This document shows positions 19,103 to 28,062 of a stretch of DNA of 64,000 nt, one piece after another. The stretch is from Clostridia bacterium (GTDB lineage Bacteria > Bacillota > Clostridia > UMGS1883): contig JAFTUL010000053.1 of assembly GCA_017466275.1 (NCBI GenBank), forward strand, positions 6,163 through 70,162, given 5' to 3'. The first letter of the stretch is position 1. Each line of letters opens with the position of its first letter. The notes below the pieces were generated by a model that worked only from the letters and a program-made list of their open reading frames with translations, searched no databases and was not told where the DNA came from. A program made the translations under genes and the position numbers.

Positions 19103-19816
19103 ATGAATAAAAACGAGAAAAAGGTTATCACCTCTGCCAAAAGCGCGCAGGCAGAAGATAATATAAATGCTGAAAAGAGTGCGGAAGTCAGCACCCCGCA
19201 AACGGGCGATAAGGAAAGCTTTGCCGCCGGAAGCACAAGGGACAAGGACAAAGAATTTGATGCACTTATTGAAAATGAGTACAAGGAACAGTTTTCAAAA
19301 AAGGTGCAGAAAATCATCAGCAAAAGACTCAGGGAGGTGAAAAACTTGAAGGAAGAAAATGTGAAGAACGCAGAAAACAAGGATGAGATTTTAAGACGAC
19401 TTGCTCTGGAAAACAGACTCCTCAAAAAGCGTAACGAGGATGAATTTCAGCTTATGAAGCTTCGCAGTGAAGCGCAGAAGATGAGAGAGCAGGCGGCAGA
19501 AACAAAGGAGGTATACCCCGACTTTGATTTTGAAAAGGAGATAAAGAATCCTGAATTTATGAGACTTCTCAGGCTTGGTGTAGGCGTTAAAAACGCGTAC
19601 GAGGTTGCAAATATTGATGCAATTCTTGAAAAGAATACACAGGCAGCGGAGAAAAAGGTGGTTGATTCAATCCGCCTTAAGGGCAACAGACCCGTTGAAA
19701 ACGGCAGCGAGGGTGCATCGGGCATTTTACTCTCAGGCAATGCGTCCAAGCTTTCCAGAAAGGAAAGAGCGGAGCTTGCAAAGAGAGCTGCCAAGGGCGA
19801 AAGAATCAGCCTGTAA
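19103..19816 (+). CDS. Phage scaffolding protein
   Basis: K/E-rich predicted coiled coil immediately upstream of the major capsid gene. The start may be 19085 or 19103. Confidence 0.6.
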   Translation: MNKNEKKVITSAKSAQAEDNINAEKSAEVSTPQTGDKESFAAGSTRDKDKEFDALIENEYKEQFSKKVQKIISKRLREVKNLKEENVKNAENKDEILRRLALENRLLKKRNEDEFQLMKLRSEAQKMREQAAETKEVYPDFDFEKEIKNPEFMRLLRLGVGVKNAYEVANIDAILEKNTQAAEKKVVDSIRLKGNRPVENGSEGASGILLSGNASKLSRKERAELAKRAAKGERISL

Positions 19817-19848
19817 AAACTATTAAATAAAAATTGGAGGACTAATTA

Positions 19849-20874
19849 ATGTATAAGTTTAATTTGCAGCACTTTGCTGCAGGCGATGTTGTGAACACAA
19901 CAGCAGGCATTACAAATGCCAATACGGGAGAAAACACTCCCTATAGCGGAGAGGGCGGTCTTTCAGGTGAAATGAAGATCTACTACTCCGACTATCTTAT
20001 TGATATGGCGGAGCCCAAGCTGGTACACGACCAGTTCGGTCAGAAGTGCCCCATTCCCCAAAATGGCGGTAAGACTATTGAGTTCCGTAAGTATGACCCG
20101 CTTCCCAAGATGACAACTCCCCTTATGGAAGGTGTCACTCCTGAAGGTCAGAAGCTTGATATGAAGACCGTATCAGCAGAGGTTAAGCAGTTCGGCGGTT
20201 TCATTGAGCTTTCAGATATTCTTATGCTTACAGCCATTGACAATAATCTTGTACAGGCTACAAAGCTTCTCGGCGGTCAGGCAGGCAGAACTCTTGACAC
20301 TATTACAAGAGAGGTTCTTGCAGGCGGTACAAATGTACAGTTTGCAGAAGGTCAGGTAGAAAGCCGTGGCGAGCTTGTAGGCGGTAAGGAGGAGGGCAAC
20401 CACTACCTTACAGTTGATGCAATCAGACGTGCGGTAAGATACTTAAAGAAGATGAATGCCGAAACAATTAACGGCAGTTATGTGGGTATTATTCACCCCG
20501 ATGCTTCCTATGACCTTATGAGCGACCCCAAGTGGATAAATGTAAAGACTTACTCTGACCCCGAGGGTATCTATCAGGGCGAAATCGGTAAGATTGAAAA
20601 TGTCCGCTTCGTGGAAACCTCCGAAGCTAAGATTTTCGAGGGCGAGGGCAAGGACGGTGTTGACGTATATGCAACCCTCATCATCGGTGATAATGCTTAC
20701 GGTACAACAGAAATTTCAGGCGGCGGTCTTCAGCATATTGTAAAGCAGCTTGGCTCTGCAGGTACTGCTGACCCTCTCAATCAGCGTGCAACTGCAGGCT
20801 GGAAGGCTACAAAGGCGGCTGTAAGACTTGTTGAACCCTATATGATTCGTATTGAAACAGCATCAAGCTTCTGA
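19849..20874 (+). CDS. Major capsid protein (N4-gp56 / HK97-fold family)
   Basis: 341 aa. N-terminal FNLQHFA motif and overall resemblance to N4-gp56-type capsid proteins. Strong RBS GGAGG. Confidence 0.8.
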   Translation: MYKFNLQHFAAGDVVNTTAGITNANTGENTPYSGEGGLSGEMKIYYSDYLIDMAEPKLVHDQFGQKCPIPQNGGKTIEFRKYDPLPKMTTPLMEGVTPEGQKLDMKTVSAEVKQFGGFIELSDILMLTAIDNNLVQATKLLGGQAGRTLDTITREVLAGGTNVQFAEGQVESRGELVGGKEEGNHYLTVDAIRRAVRYLKKMNAETINGSYVGIIHPDASYDLMSDPKWINVKTYSDPEGIYQGEIGKIENVRFVETSEAKIFEGEGKDGVDVYATLIIGDNAYGTTEISGGGLQHIVKQLGSAGTADPLNQRATAGWKATKAAVRLVEPYMIRIETASSF

Positions 20875-20886
20875 TGAAGTAATAAT

Positions 20887-20913
20887 CCCTCAGTCGGCAA
20901 AACCGACTGAGGG
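20887..20913 (+). terminator. 11-bp stem-loop after the capsid gene (partial terminator or mRNA stabiliser)
   Basis: CCCTCAGTCGG-caaaa-CCGACTGAGGG. Only a weak T-tract follows. Confidence 0.4.
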
Positions 20914-20936
20914 GAAATTTGAAAGGAGTAAATATT

Positions 20937-21200
20937 ATGGCAACAAACAAAGAAACAAAGATTAATTCAAATACATTGGTGGAGATTGAGCTTTTCCGTG
21001 ATAACAGGGACTACAAGGACGACGTGTTTGTAGCGGTAAACGGCGAAAGCTGTGTTATTGCACGCGGTAAGAAGGTAATGGTAAAGAAGAAGTTTGCTGA
21101 CGTAATTGCACAGTCTATGAGTCAGGATGTAAAGACAGCAAAGCTTATGGATAATAAGTCCGACGAATTTTTCACTGAAGCTGCCGCAAGAAATATATAA
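20937..21200 (+). CDS. Hypothetical phage head-associated protein
   Basis: 87 aa. The ATG at 20937 follows AAAGGAG. Located between the capsid and fibre genes. Confidence 0.5.
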   Translation: MATNKETKINSNTLVEIELFRDNRDYKDDVFVAVNGESCVIARGKKVMVKKKFADVIAQSMSQDVKTAKLMDNKSDEFFTEAAARNI

Positions 21201-21215
21201 AAGGAGGTCTTTTAT

Positions 21216-22337
21216 ATGGCGGGATTCAATTTAGGAAGAATCATAGGTGAAAAGGGTGAAAAAGGCGAAACCGGTCCCAAGGGCGATACAGGTGCAAAGG
21301 GTGACAAGGGCGACAAGGGTGATAGCGGAAAGGACGGACTTACTCCTGTTTTTTCAGTAGGAGAAGTCACTACCCTTACAAACGGAGAATCAGCACTGGT
21401 GGAAATTGACTCTTCAAATCCAGAAAATCCCGTGCTATCATTTAAAATCCCTGCAGGAAAAGATGGCAGGGATGCTATGGGTGATATGCTCAAAACTGTT
21501 TATGACACCAAGGGGATTGGTACGGACATTTTTGAATATGCTAAAAAGCTCTTTGACGGTTGTCTTAAAACGGAGGGCGGAAATCTGTCGGGCGGCCTTA
21601 CCGTGGCAGAGTCCCCTCTTTCCGAAAGGGCTGTCCGTAATATCTCAATAGCCTCATCTTTGCCAGAAGCAGGGGCAGAGGGGGATGTCTTTATCAAATT
21701 AAATGATAAAAATTCAAAAACCCTCGGTGACTGCAATGCGGGGGACACGGTTATTATAAAGGAAAACGGAAAGGGCATTGTGTATTTTGTTGCAGGAAAA
21801 AATTATCACGGAGAAAATACCGTATCACTTTTACGAAAGGATTTGTGTCCCTTTAAGTGTTCCTATGACTACGAAAGACGTGAGCAATACCCTATGAGTG
21901 ATATTGATATATTTTTGGAATCGATGTTTATTTCTATCTATTCCCCTGAAGTGAGAAATTCACTTGTTTCTGTAAACAATATTGACAATGCTTACAGACA
22001 TTGCTTCATATTGAGTAAAAACGATTACACCTATATGAATTATTTTTCGGATGTGAAAAAACGGGCGGCATGTATAGAGGGAACAGGATATTATGAATCA
22101 CACCTGACTGCAAGTACAGGTACAAAAGGAAACATTGTCGGCGTAGGTACTGCAGGTGATTTTGTTTCAATAAGTATTTCCAGTATGGCATATTTCAGAC
22201 CGACAATCGTATTGCCTTCAGATTTTCCTGTAATTAATACTCAAAAGGACTCTCTGCCTGCCGTAATGCCGGTTACACCCAATCCCGGGATATATGTTTA
22301 TGCAGGCGGTGAATGGAGGGAGTGTGCTCTGTTATGA
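21216..22337 (+). CDS. Collagen-like repeat fibre protein
   Basis: 10 G-X-Y triplets (closing Gly at aa 41), GEKGEKGETGPKGDTGAKGDKGDKGDSGKDG (nt 21246-21338), then a 330-aa globular C-terminal region. Confidence 0.75.
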   Translation: MAGFNLGRIIGEKGEKGETGPKGDTGAKGDKGDKGDSGKDGLTPVFSVGEVTTLTNGESALVEIDSSNPENPVLSFKIPAGKDGRDAMGDMLKTVYDTKGIGTDIFEYAKKLFDGCLKTEGGNLSGGLTVAESPLSERAVRNISIASSLPEAGAEGDVFIKLNDKNSKTLGDCNAGDTVIIKENGKGIVYFVAGKNYHGENTVSLLRKDLCPFKCSYDYERREQYPMSDIDIFLESMFISIYSPEVRNSLVSVNNIDNAYRHCFILSKNDYTYMNYFSDVKKRAACIEGTGYYESHLTASTGTKGNIVGVGTAGDFVSISISSMAYFRPTIVLPSDFPVINTQKDSLPAVMPVTPNPGIYVYAGGEWRECALL

Positions 22338-22684
22338 CGGTGAATTCTGTAATTGAACAGACTATGAAGCTTCATCCCGACACCATTACCGATGCTGTGA
22401 AATGCCGCTGGCTCAGTGAACTTGACGGAAAAATAGTGCGTGAAACAATGCAACGTGATGATTTTGTCCCGTATAAATTCCCCGAAGACGGAGAAAAAGA
22501 GCTTGTAGTAAAAGAGCCCTACGACAATCTCTATGGGCTTTACATTATCGCTATGAGCGACTTTTTCAGTGGAGAAATGGCAAATTATGCGGCATCGGCA
22601 GTTTTGTTTGAAGAGGCATATTCAGAGTTTCGTAAAAATTACATTCGTAACAATATTCCTCCAAGCCATAATTATGTCATATAA
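22334..22684 (+). CDS. Head-tail connector/adaptor-like protein (gp6-like)
   Basis: About 116 aa. ATGA overlap with the fibre gene. Size, position and a Y/F-rich helical pattern fit connector proteins. Confidence 0.5.
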   Translation: MTVNSVIEQTMKLHPDTITDAVKCRWLSELDGKIVRETMQRDDFVPYKFPEDGEKELVVKEPYDNLYGLYIIAMSDFFSGEMANYAASAVLFEEAYSEFRKNYIRNNIPPSHNYVI

Positions 22685-22695
22685 GGAGTGATTGG

Positions 22696-24474
22696 ATGCA
22701 TCTTCCCATAATAAAAAAGGAAAACAGATACAGAAGAAGCATTGTAAATTTTGGAGGACTTAATCTCTCGCAAAGCTTCGCAGATGGAGAACTCAGGGAT
22801 TGTGTCGGAATTTCACACAGCGAATTTCCCTTTATAACCCAGAGAAAAAAGAGAGAAACTGAATTCAAATGTGCAGCCCCGACCTGTGCAATTTTTGGAG
22901 AAAACGAATTTGTTGCAGCAGATGACGGTCTGTATTTTAACCGTAAAAAGGTTGGTGACCTTTCCCCTGGGAAAAAGCATATTGCAGCATTGGGAAGCTT
23001 TATAACAGTTTTTCCAGACAAAATGTACTACAATATGGAAAATGGAGAGTTTAAATCTCTCAGTGGTGAGTGTCAAACTCAGGGAGCAACGGTCAAATTT
23101 ACAACGGACACAATCAGCGTGACTGCTGATTATTTTGTAGAGGAAAGAAGCAGAGAAAGCATTAAATTTCCGTCCGACATACTTCTTGTCACCTATGAAA
23201 AAGCCTCGGTTTCAGACGGAAAAGTGGGATTAACCGGCTTTTCCTTAAAAAAACCCAACGAACTTGGTGCAGATGCTATTCTGTTTGAAAAATGCAAGGT
23301 AAATCAGTATCGCATTGTGGAGAGCGTAAATTTTCTGGAAAAAGAAAACTGCTACGAGATTATAAATGAGCTTGTAACTGTAAGAAATGTCACCGAAAAA
23401 TTATTTGCTGATTTCAAGAAAGGTGACACGGTTGAAATAGAGGGATGTACCTCTTTCCCCAATAATAACAAGACGGCAACTGTTATATCAAGAACAGATA
23501 AAAAGCTTGTTTTTGCCGAGGGAACTTTTATTGAGGGGACAGAAAATGAAAGCATTACCATCAGGCGGAAAATTCCCGATTTTACATCTGTATGTGTTTA
23601 CGAGAACAGATTGTGGGGCTTTGTGGGAAATACCATTTACGCTTCCGCATTGGGAGATGTAACGGCATTTTTCACTTATCAGGGTATATCAACAGACAGT
23701 TATAGTGTGCAGTCAAACTCAGCAGGAGATTTTACAGCCTGCGTCACTTACGGAAACAGTTGCTTTTTCTTTAAAGAAACTTCCTGCTACAAGCTTTACG
23801 GAAGCCGTCCTGCCAATTTCAAGCTTACCGAATGTTACGCTATGGGACTTCTCAAGGAGGATTCCAAAAGTATTGCGACAGTTGGCGGCAGGCTTCTTTA
23901 CAAGGGCAATGGCGGTATTTACAGCTTTTACGGAAGTATGCCTGTGCGTATTTCCGATAAGCTCGGAGTGGTAAAAATACAAAATGCCGTAGCAGGAACA
24001 GATGGAAAGCTTTATTATCTGAGCGCAGACACAGAAAACGGACGAGAGGAGTTTATATTTGATACGGAGAAAAACCTCTGGTGTAAGTCGGGCGTAACTG
24101 ATGTGGCAGGTTATGCTTCCTACGGAGATACAGTGTATTGCCTGAAAGCAGACGGAATAGAGAAAATCTCAACTGAAACTGACAGCAATGCACAGTGGAG
24201 CATAATACTTTGCCCCTTTGACGAGAAATACTACAACACAAAAAATTATTCAAGGCTCCGCATAAAAGCACAGCTTTTCGAGGGAGCTTATATGGGTGTG
24301 GAAGTAAGGTATGACGGGAACAACTGGGAGAACATAGGAGTTTTTTACGGTGACAGTACAAGACATCTTAATATCCCCTGCACGGTAAAAAGCTGTCACG
24401 AATTTCATATCAGGATTTACGGCAAGGGGAAAAGCATCCTTGAATCCGTTGTGAGAGAATTCAGTATAAACTGA
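22696..24474 (+). CDS. Large unknown phage structural protein (candidate tail/nozzle)
   Basis: 592 aa, beta-rich with repeated YG/GN motifs. It is the largest ORF of the cluster and follows the connector. Confidence 0.5.
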   Translation: MHLPIIKKENRYRRSIVNFGGLNLSQSFADGELRDCVGISHSEFPFITQRKKRETEFKCAAPTCAIFGENEFVAADDGLYFNRKKVGDLSPGKKHIAALGSFITVFPDKMYYNMENGEFKSLSGECQTQGATVKFTTDTISVTADYFVEERSRESIKFPSDILLVTYEKASVSDGKVGLTGFSLKKPNELGADAILFEKCKVNQYRIVESVNFLEKENCYEIINELVTVRNVTEKLFADFKKGDTVEIEGCTSFPNNNKTATVISRTDKKLVFAEGTFIEGTENESITIRRKIPDFTSVCVYENRLWGFVGNTIYASALGDVTAFFTYQGISTDSYSVQSNSAGDFTACVTYGNSCFFFKETSCYKLYGSRPANFKLTECYAMGLLKEDSKSIATVGGRLLYKGNGGIYSFYGSMPVRISDKLGVVKIQNAVAGTDGKLYYLSADTENGREEFIFDTEKNLWCKSGVTDVAGYASYGDTVYCLKADGIEKISTETDSNAQWSIILCPFDEKYYNTKNYSRLRIKAQLFEGAYMGVEVRYDGNNWENIGVFYGDSTRHLNIPCTVKSCHEFHIRIYGKGKSILESVVREFSIN

Positions 24475-24483
24475 GGTGATACA

Positions 24484-24672
24484 ATGTTTATGAATCTTGG
24501 CGACCTTTCGGGCAAAAGCCCACAGGAAGCAATAAGCATTATAGAAAATTACATAAGAACAAATCAGGAAATGTTTGAATATATACTGACACACCTTGAC
24601 AGCTCCAACATTATTGAAATTGATTTAAGTAAAACAAATGTTTTACAAGGAGGACTAAATGAGCTACAATAA
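24484..24672 (+). CDS. Hypothetical phage protein
   Basis: 62 aa with RBS GAGGTG. Overlaps the next ORF. Confidence 0.45.
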   Translation: MFMNLGDLSGKSPQEAISIIENYIRTNQEMFEYILTHLDSSNIIEIDLSKTNVLQGGLNELQ

Positions 24673-25615
24673 GGAAATTGACTATCAGTCAAAAATTAAC
24701 GATGCAGTAGCAAACGGTGACTACAAAAGTGCCGCAAAATACGAGCAGAGCAGAAACGAGAAAATAGACAGCGAGGGGCTTAATTACGAAAAGACAAACC
24801 GCTACTCAGGTTGGCTTGATGATACAGACTATTCCAATGTGCTTAAGAAGCAAATGTCATCAGGTGCATCTAAAAGCTCCGTTTCGGACACTCTCAAAAA
24901 GCGTATTTCAAAGGCAAGCGGTACAGACGGGCTTACACAGTACGCCTATGACGACGTCTATGATGAGGCAATCCGTTACATAATGGGAAATGGAGTTTTT
25001 ACAGAAAGACCAACCTACAAAAATTCCTACGAAAGAGATATTTCAAGGCTTCTTGAAAAGCTTTTAAACACAAAATCCTTTTCATATAATCCCTATGACG
25101 ACGACCTTTACGAATTTTACAGACAGCAGTATATTCGTGAGGGGGACCGTGCAATGGAGGACCTTTTGGGTGAGCTTTCAGTTTCCACCGGAGGTGTCGC
25201 TTCAAGCTATGCTGTAAGTGCGGCGGCTCAGGCAAGGGAAAACTATAATCGCAAGCTTACCGATAAGATTCCCCAGCTTTATGAGGATGCGTATGAACGT
25301 TATATTGACGGAATTGAAAAGGACGAAAGTACCTTTAAGCTTCTTCAGGATTTGTCTGACGGTGAGTACAAGAGGTATCTTGACAGCATAGAGCTTTACA
25401 ATAAGGAAAGAGAGCTTGACTATAAGAGAGAAGCAGACGCAAGAGAAGAAGAATATAATCAAAGCCGTGACAGCGTGGATAAAGCACTGGCAAAGTGGAA
25501 GGTACTTGGTTATCTTGACGAGGAAAGTGCAAGAATCCTCGGACTTCCGGCAGGGCTTCACACAACAGACTACGACTATAAAAAGGCACAGCAGTACAAA
25601 ATTTACAGTAAATAA
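24659..25615 (+). CDS. Hypothetical phage structural protein
   Basis: 318 aa, Y/D/E-rich and helical. RBS AAGGAGG. Confidence 0.5.
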   Translation: MSYNKEIDYQSKINDAVANGDYKSAAKYEQSRNEKIDSEGLNYEKTNRYSGWLDDTDYSNVLKKQMSSGASKSSVSDTLKKRISKASGTDGLTQYAYDDVYDEAIRYIMGNGVFTERPTYKNSYERDISRLLEKLLNTKSFSYNPYDDDLYEFYRQQYIREGDRAMEDLLGELSVSTGGVASSYAVSAAAQARENYNRKLTDKIPQLYEDAYERYIDGIEKDESTFKLLQDLSDGEYKRYLDSIELYNKERELDYKREADAREEEYNQSRDSVDKALAKWKVLGYLDEESARILGLPAGLHTTDYDYKKAQQYKIYSK

Positions 25616-25658
25616 AACATAAACCCCCCCATGCTGTACCCAAAAGCACAAAAAACAC

Positions 25659-25687
25659 TTGCACAAATGCGGATAATTGGGTATAAT
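25659..25687 (+). promoter_or_regulatory. Sigma-A type promoter of nfnAB
   Basis: TTGCAC, 17 nt, TATAAT. Confidence 0.6.
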
Positions 25688-25725
25688 TAAACTCACACTG
25701 TTTATTTTGTAAGGAATGAATACAT

Positions 25726-26568
25726 ATGTACAGAATTATTGAAAAGACGGTGCTTAATCCCACCGTTACAAAAATGGTTATAGAAGCCCCACTTATTGCA
25801 AAAAAGGCGGAGCCGGGACAGTTTATAATTTTCAGGGTGTCGGAGAACGGCGAGAGAGTTCCTCTTACCATTGCCGACTATGACCGGGAAAAGGGACCAG
25901 TAACTATAATATTTCAGGTAGCAGGTGCGTCCACAATGGAGCTTAACGCCCTTAATGAGGGTGACTGCATATGTGATTTTGCAGGCCCTTTGGGAACTCC
26001 CAGCAAGATTAAAAACCTCAAAAAGGTTTGTGTTGTAGGCGGTGGAGTTGGATGTGCCATAGCATACCCCGTTGCAAAAAAACTTCACGAAAACGGATGT
26101 GAGGTACACGTAGTGGCAGGCTTCAGAAATAAGGATTTGGTGATTCTGGAAAAGGAATTTTCTGCAGTGAGCGACATAATGAAAATTATGACCGACGACG
26201 GAAGCTACGGAGAAAAAGGACTTGTCACAAATGCATTGGAGGAGCTTGTAAATGCAGGTAATGACTATGACGAGGTTATTGCAATAGGTCCTCTCATTAT
26301 GATGAAGTTCGTGTGCCTTACCACAAAGAAGTACGGTATAAAAACCACCGTTTCAATGAATCCGATTATGGTTGACGGAACAGGAATGTGTGGCGGATGC
26401 CGTCTTACCGTAGGCGGAGAAACTAAGTTTGCCTGCGTTGACGGTCCTGATTTTGACGGACATCAGGTAGATTTCGACGAGGCTATGAAACGCAATGGAA
26501 TATACAAGGAATTTGAAGCACATAAGAGAGAAGAAACCTGTAACCTCTTCAAAAAGGAGGTAATGTGA
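25726..26568 (+). CDS. nfnA: NfnA-like FAD/NAD-binding [2Fe-2S] subunit (sulfide/dihydroorotate dehydrogenase-like)
   Basis: 280 aa. Ferredoxin-reductase-type fold motifs (RVPLTIADY, VGGGVGCA) and a C-terminal CGGC...C cluster. Confidence 0.75.
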   Translation: MYRIIEKTVLNPTVTKMVIEAPLIAKKAEPGQFIIFRVSENGERVPLTIADYDREKGPVTIIFQVAGASTMELNALNEGDCICDFAGPLGTPSKIKNLKKVCVVGGGVGCAIAYPVAKKLHENGCEVHVVAGFRNKDLVILEKEFSAVSDIMKIMTDDGSYGEKGLVTNALEELVNAGNDYDEVIAIGPLIMMKFVCLTTKKYGIKTTVSMNPIMVDGTGMCGGCRLTVGGETKFACVDGPDFDGHQVDFDEAMKRNGIYKEFEAHKREETCNLFKKEVM

Positions 26569-26569
26569 T

Positions 26570-27958
26570 ATGACTAATATGAATCCTAAAAAATGCCCCA
26601 TGCCTTCTCTTGACCCCAAAGTAAGAAGCAAGAACTTTGAGGAGGTTGCCACTGGATATACCTATGAGATGGCAATAGAGGAAGCAAAAAGATGCTTTGC
26701 CTGCAAACACAAGCCGTGCAGAAGCAAATGCCCAGTAGGAATTGATATTCCTGCATTCATAGCAAAATTGGCAGCAGAGGATATAAAAGGTGCATATGAG
26801 ATTATCTCCCAAAGCAGTACTCTTCCCGCCGTGTGCGGAAGAGTGTGTCCGCAGGAAAACCAGTGCGAAAGTGCTTGTATACGCGGTATTAAAGGTGAGA
26901 GTGTAGCAATCGGCAGGCTTGAACGCTTTGTTGCCGATTACTGCAGAGAGCATTATAAGGAAGAAGCCAAGAAGCCTCAGCCAAACGGCAAAAAAGTGGC
27001 AATCATTGGTTCCGGCCCATCAGGACTTACTGCGGCAGGCGACCTCAGTAAACTCGGTTACGAGGTAACGGTTTTTGAAGCTCTTCATACCCCGGGCGGT
27101 GTTCTGGTTTACGGAATTCCCGAATTCAGACTTCCCAAAACGATTGTCAGTGAAGAAATTGACAAGCTTCAGGCAATGGGTGTGAAAATTGAAACCAATG
27201 TAATAATTGGTAAAACAATTACCGTTGATGAGCTTTTTGACGATGGTTTCTCGGCAGTTTATATAGCCAGCGGAGCAGGACTCCCAAGCTTTATGAATAT
27301 AAAGGGAGAGAGTCTTAACGGTGTTTACAGTGCAAACGAATACCTTACCAGAATAAATCTTATGAAGGCATATCTTCCCGATTCCAAGACTCCTGTTAAA
27401 AAGAGTAAGCGAGTTGCGGTAGTAGGCGGCGGAAACGTGGCAATGGATGCAGCACGCAGTGCAGTAAGACTCGGTGCCGAGGCGGTGTACATTATTTATA
27501 GGAGAGGTATGGAAGAGCTTCCTGCCAGAAACGAGGAAATCGAGCACGCGCACGAAGAGGGAGTTATTTTCAGAACATTGACTGCTCCCGTGGAAATACT
27601 CGGTGACGATGATGGTAATGTCCGCGGAATAAGATGCGTACGTATGGAGCTTGGTGAACCAGATGAAAGCGGAAGAAGAAGACCTGTTCCGATAGAGGGC
27701 AGCGAATATGACAGAGAAGTGGACACCGTAATTATGGCGATAGGAACAAGCCCCAACCCCCTTATCCGCAGTACAACCCCTGGTTTGGAAGTTAACAGAC
27801 GCGGATGTATAGTAACTGACGGAGAAGACGGAAAAACCTCCCGTGAGGGTGTGTATGCCGGCGGTGACGCAGTAACAGGTGCAGCAACGGTTATTCTTGC
27901 AATGGGTGCGGGAAAGAGTGCTGCAAAGGCAATTGATAATTATTTGAAAAATTTATAA
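26570..27958 (+). CDS. nfnB: NfnB / GltD-like NADPH-dependent oxidoreductase subunit
   Basis: 462 aa. N-terminal 2x[4Fe-4S] Cys motifs and two Rossmann motifs (IIGSGPSG, VVGGGNVAMD). Confidence 0.8.
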   Translation: MTNMNPKKCPMPSLDPKVRSKNFEEVATGYTYEMAIEEAKRCFACKHKPCRSKCPVGIDIPAFIAKLAAEDIKGAYEIISQSSTLPAVCGRVCPQENQCESACIRGIKGESVAIGRLERFVADYCREHYKEEAKKPQPNGKKVAIIGSGPSGLTAAGDLSKLGYEVTVFEALHTPGGVLVYGIPEFRLPKTIVSEEIDKLQAMGVKIETNVIIGKTITVDELFDDGFSAVYIASGAGLPSFMNIKGESLNGVYSANEYLTRINLMKAYLPDSKTPVKKSKRVAVVGGGNVAMDAARSAVRLGAEAVYIIYRRGMEELPARNEEIEHAHEEGVIFRTLTAPVEILGDDDGNVRGIRCVRMELGEPDESGRRRPVPIEGSEYDREVDTVIMAIGTSPNPLIRSTTPGLEVNRRGCIVTDGEDGKTSREGVYAGGDAVTGAATVILAMGAGKSAAKAIDNYLKNL

Positions 27959-27987
27959 AAAACTTAAAAAGTGTAACGACTTTCGAC

Positions 27988-28028
27988 AACCCCCGTGATA
28001 TATATATCGCGGGGGTTTGTGTTTTGGG
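27988..28028 (+). terminator. Intrinsic terminator after nfnB
   Basis: AACCCCCG...CGGGGGTT stem followed by TGTGTTTT. Flanked by a 10-bp inverted repeat AAAAGTGTAA/TTACACTTTT. Confidence 0.65.
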
Positions 28029-28062
28029 GGTCATTACACTTTTTATTTGTAAAGGAGACAAT

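Noticed and set aside
18658-19425. 255-aa ORF antisense to the portal and scaffold genes
   Set aside because: Ser/Phe/Leu-rich mirror of the K/E-rich scaffold coding frame. No RBS. It would break an otherwise tightly coupled plus-strand operon.
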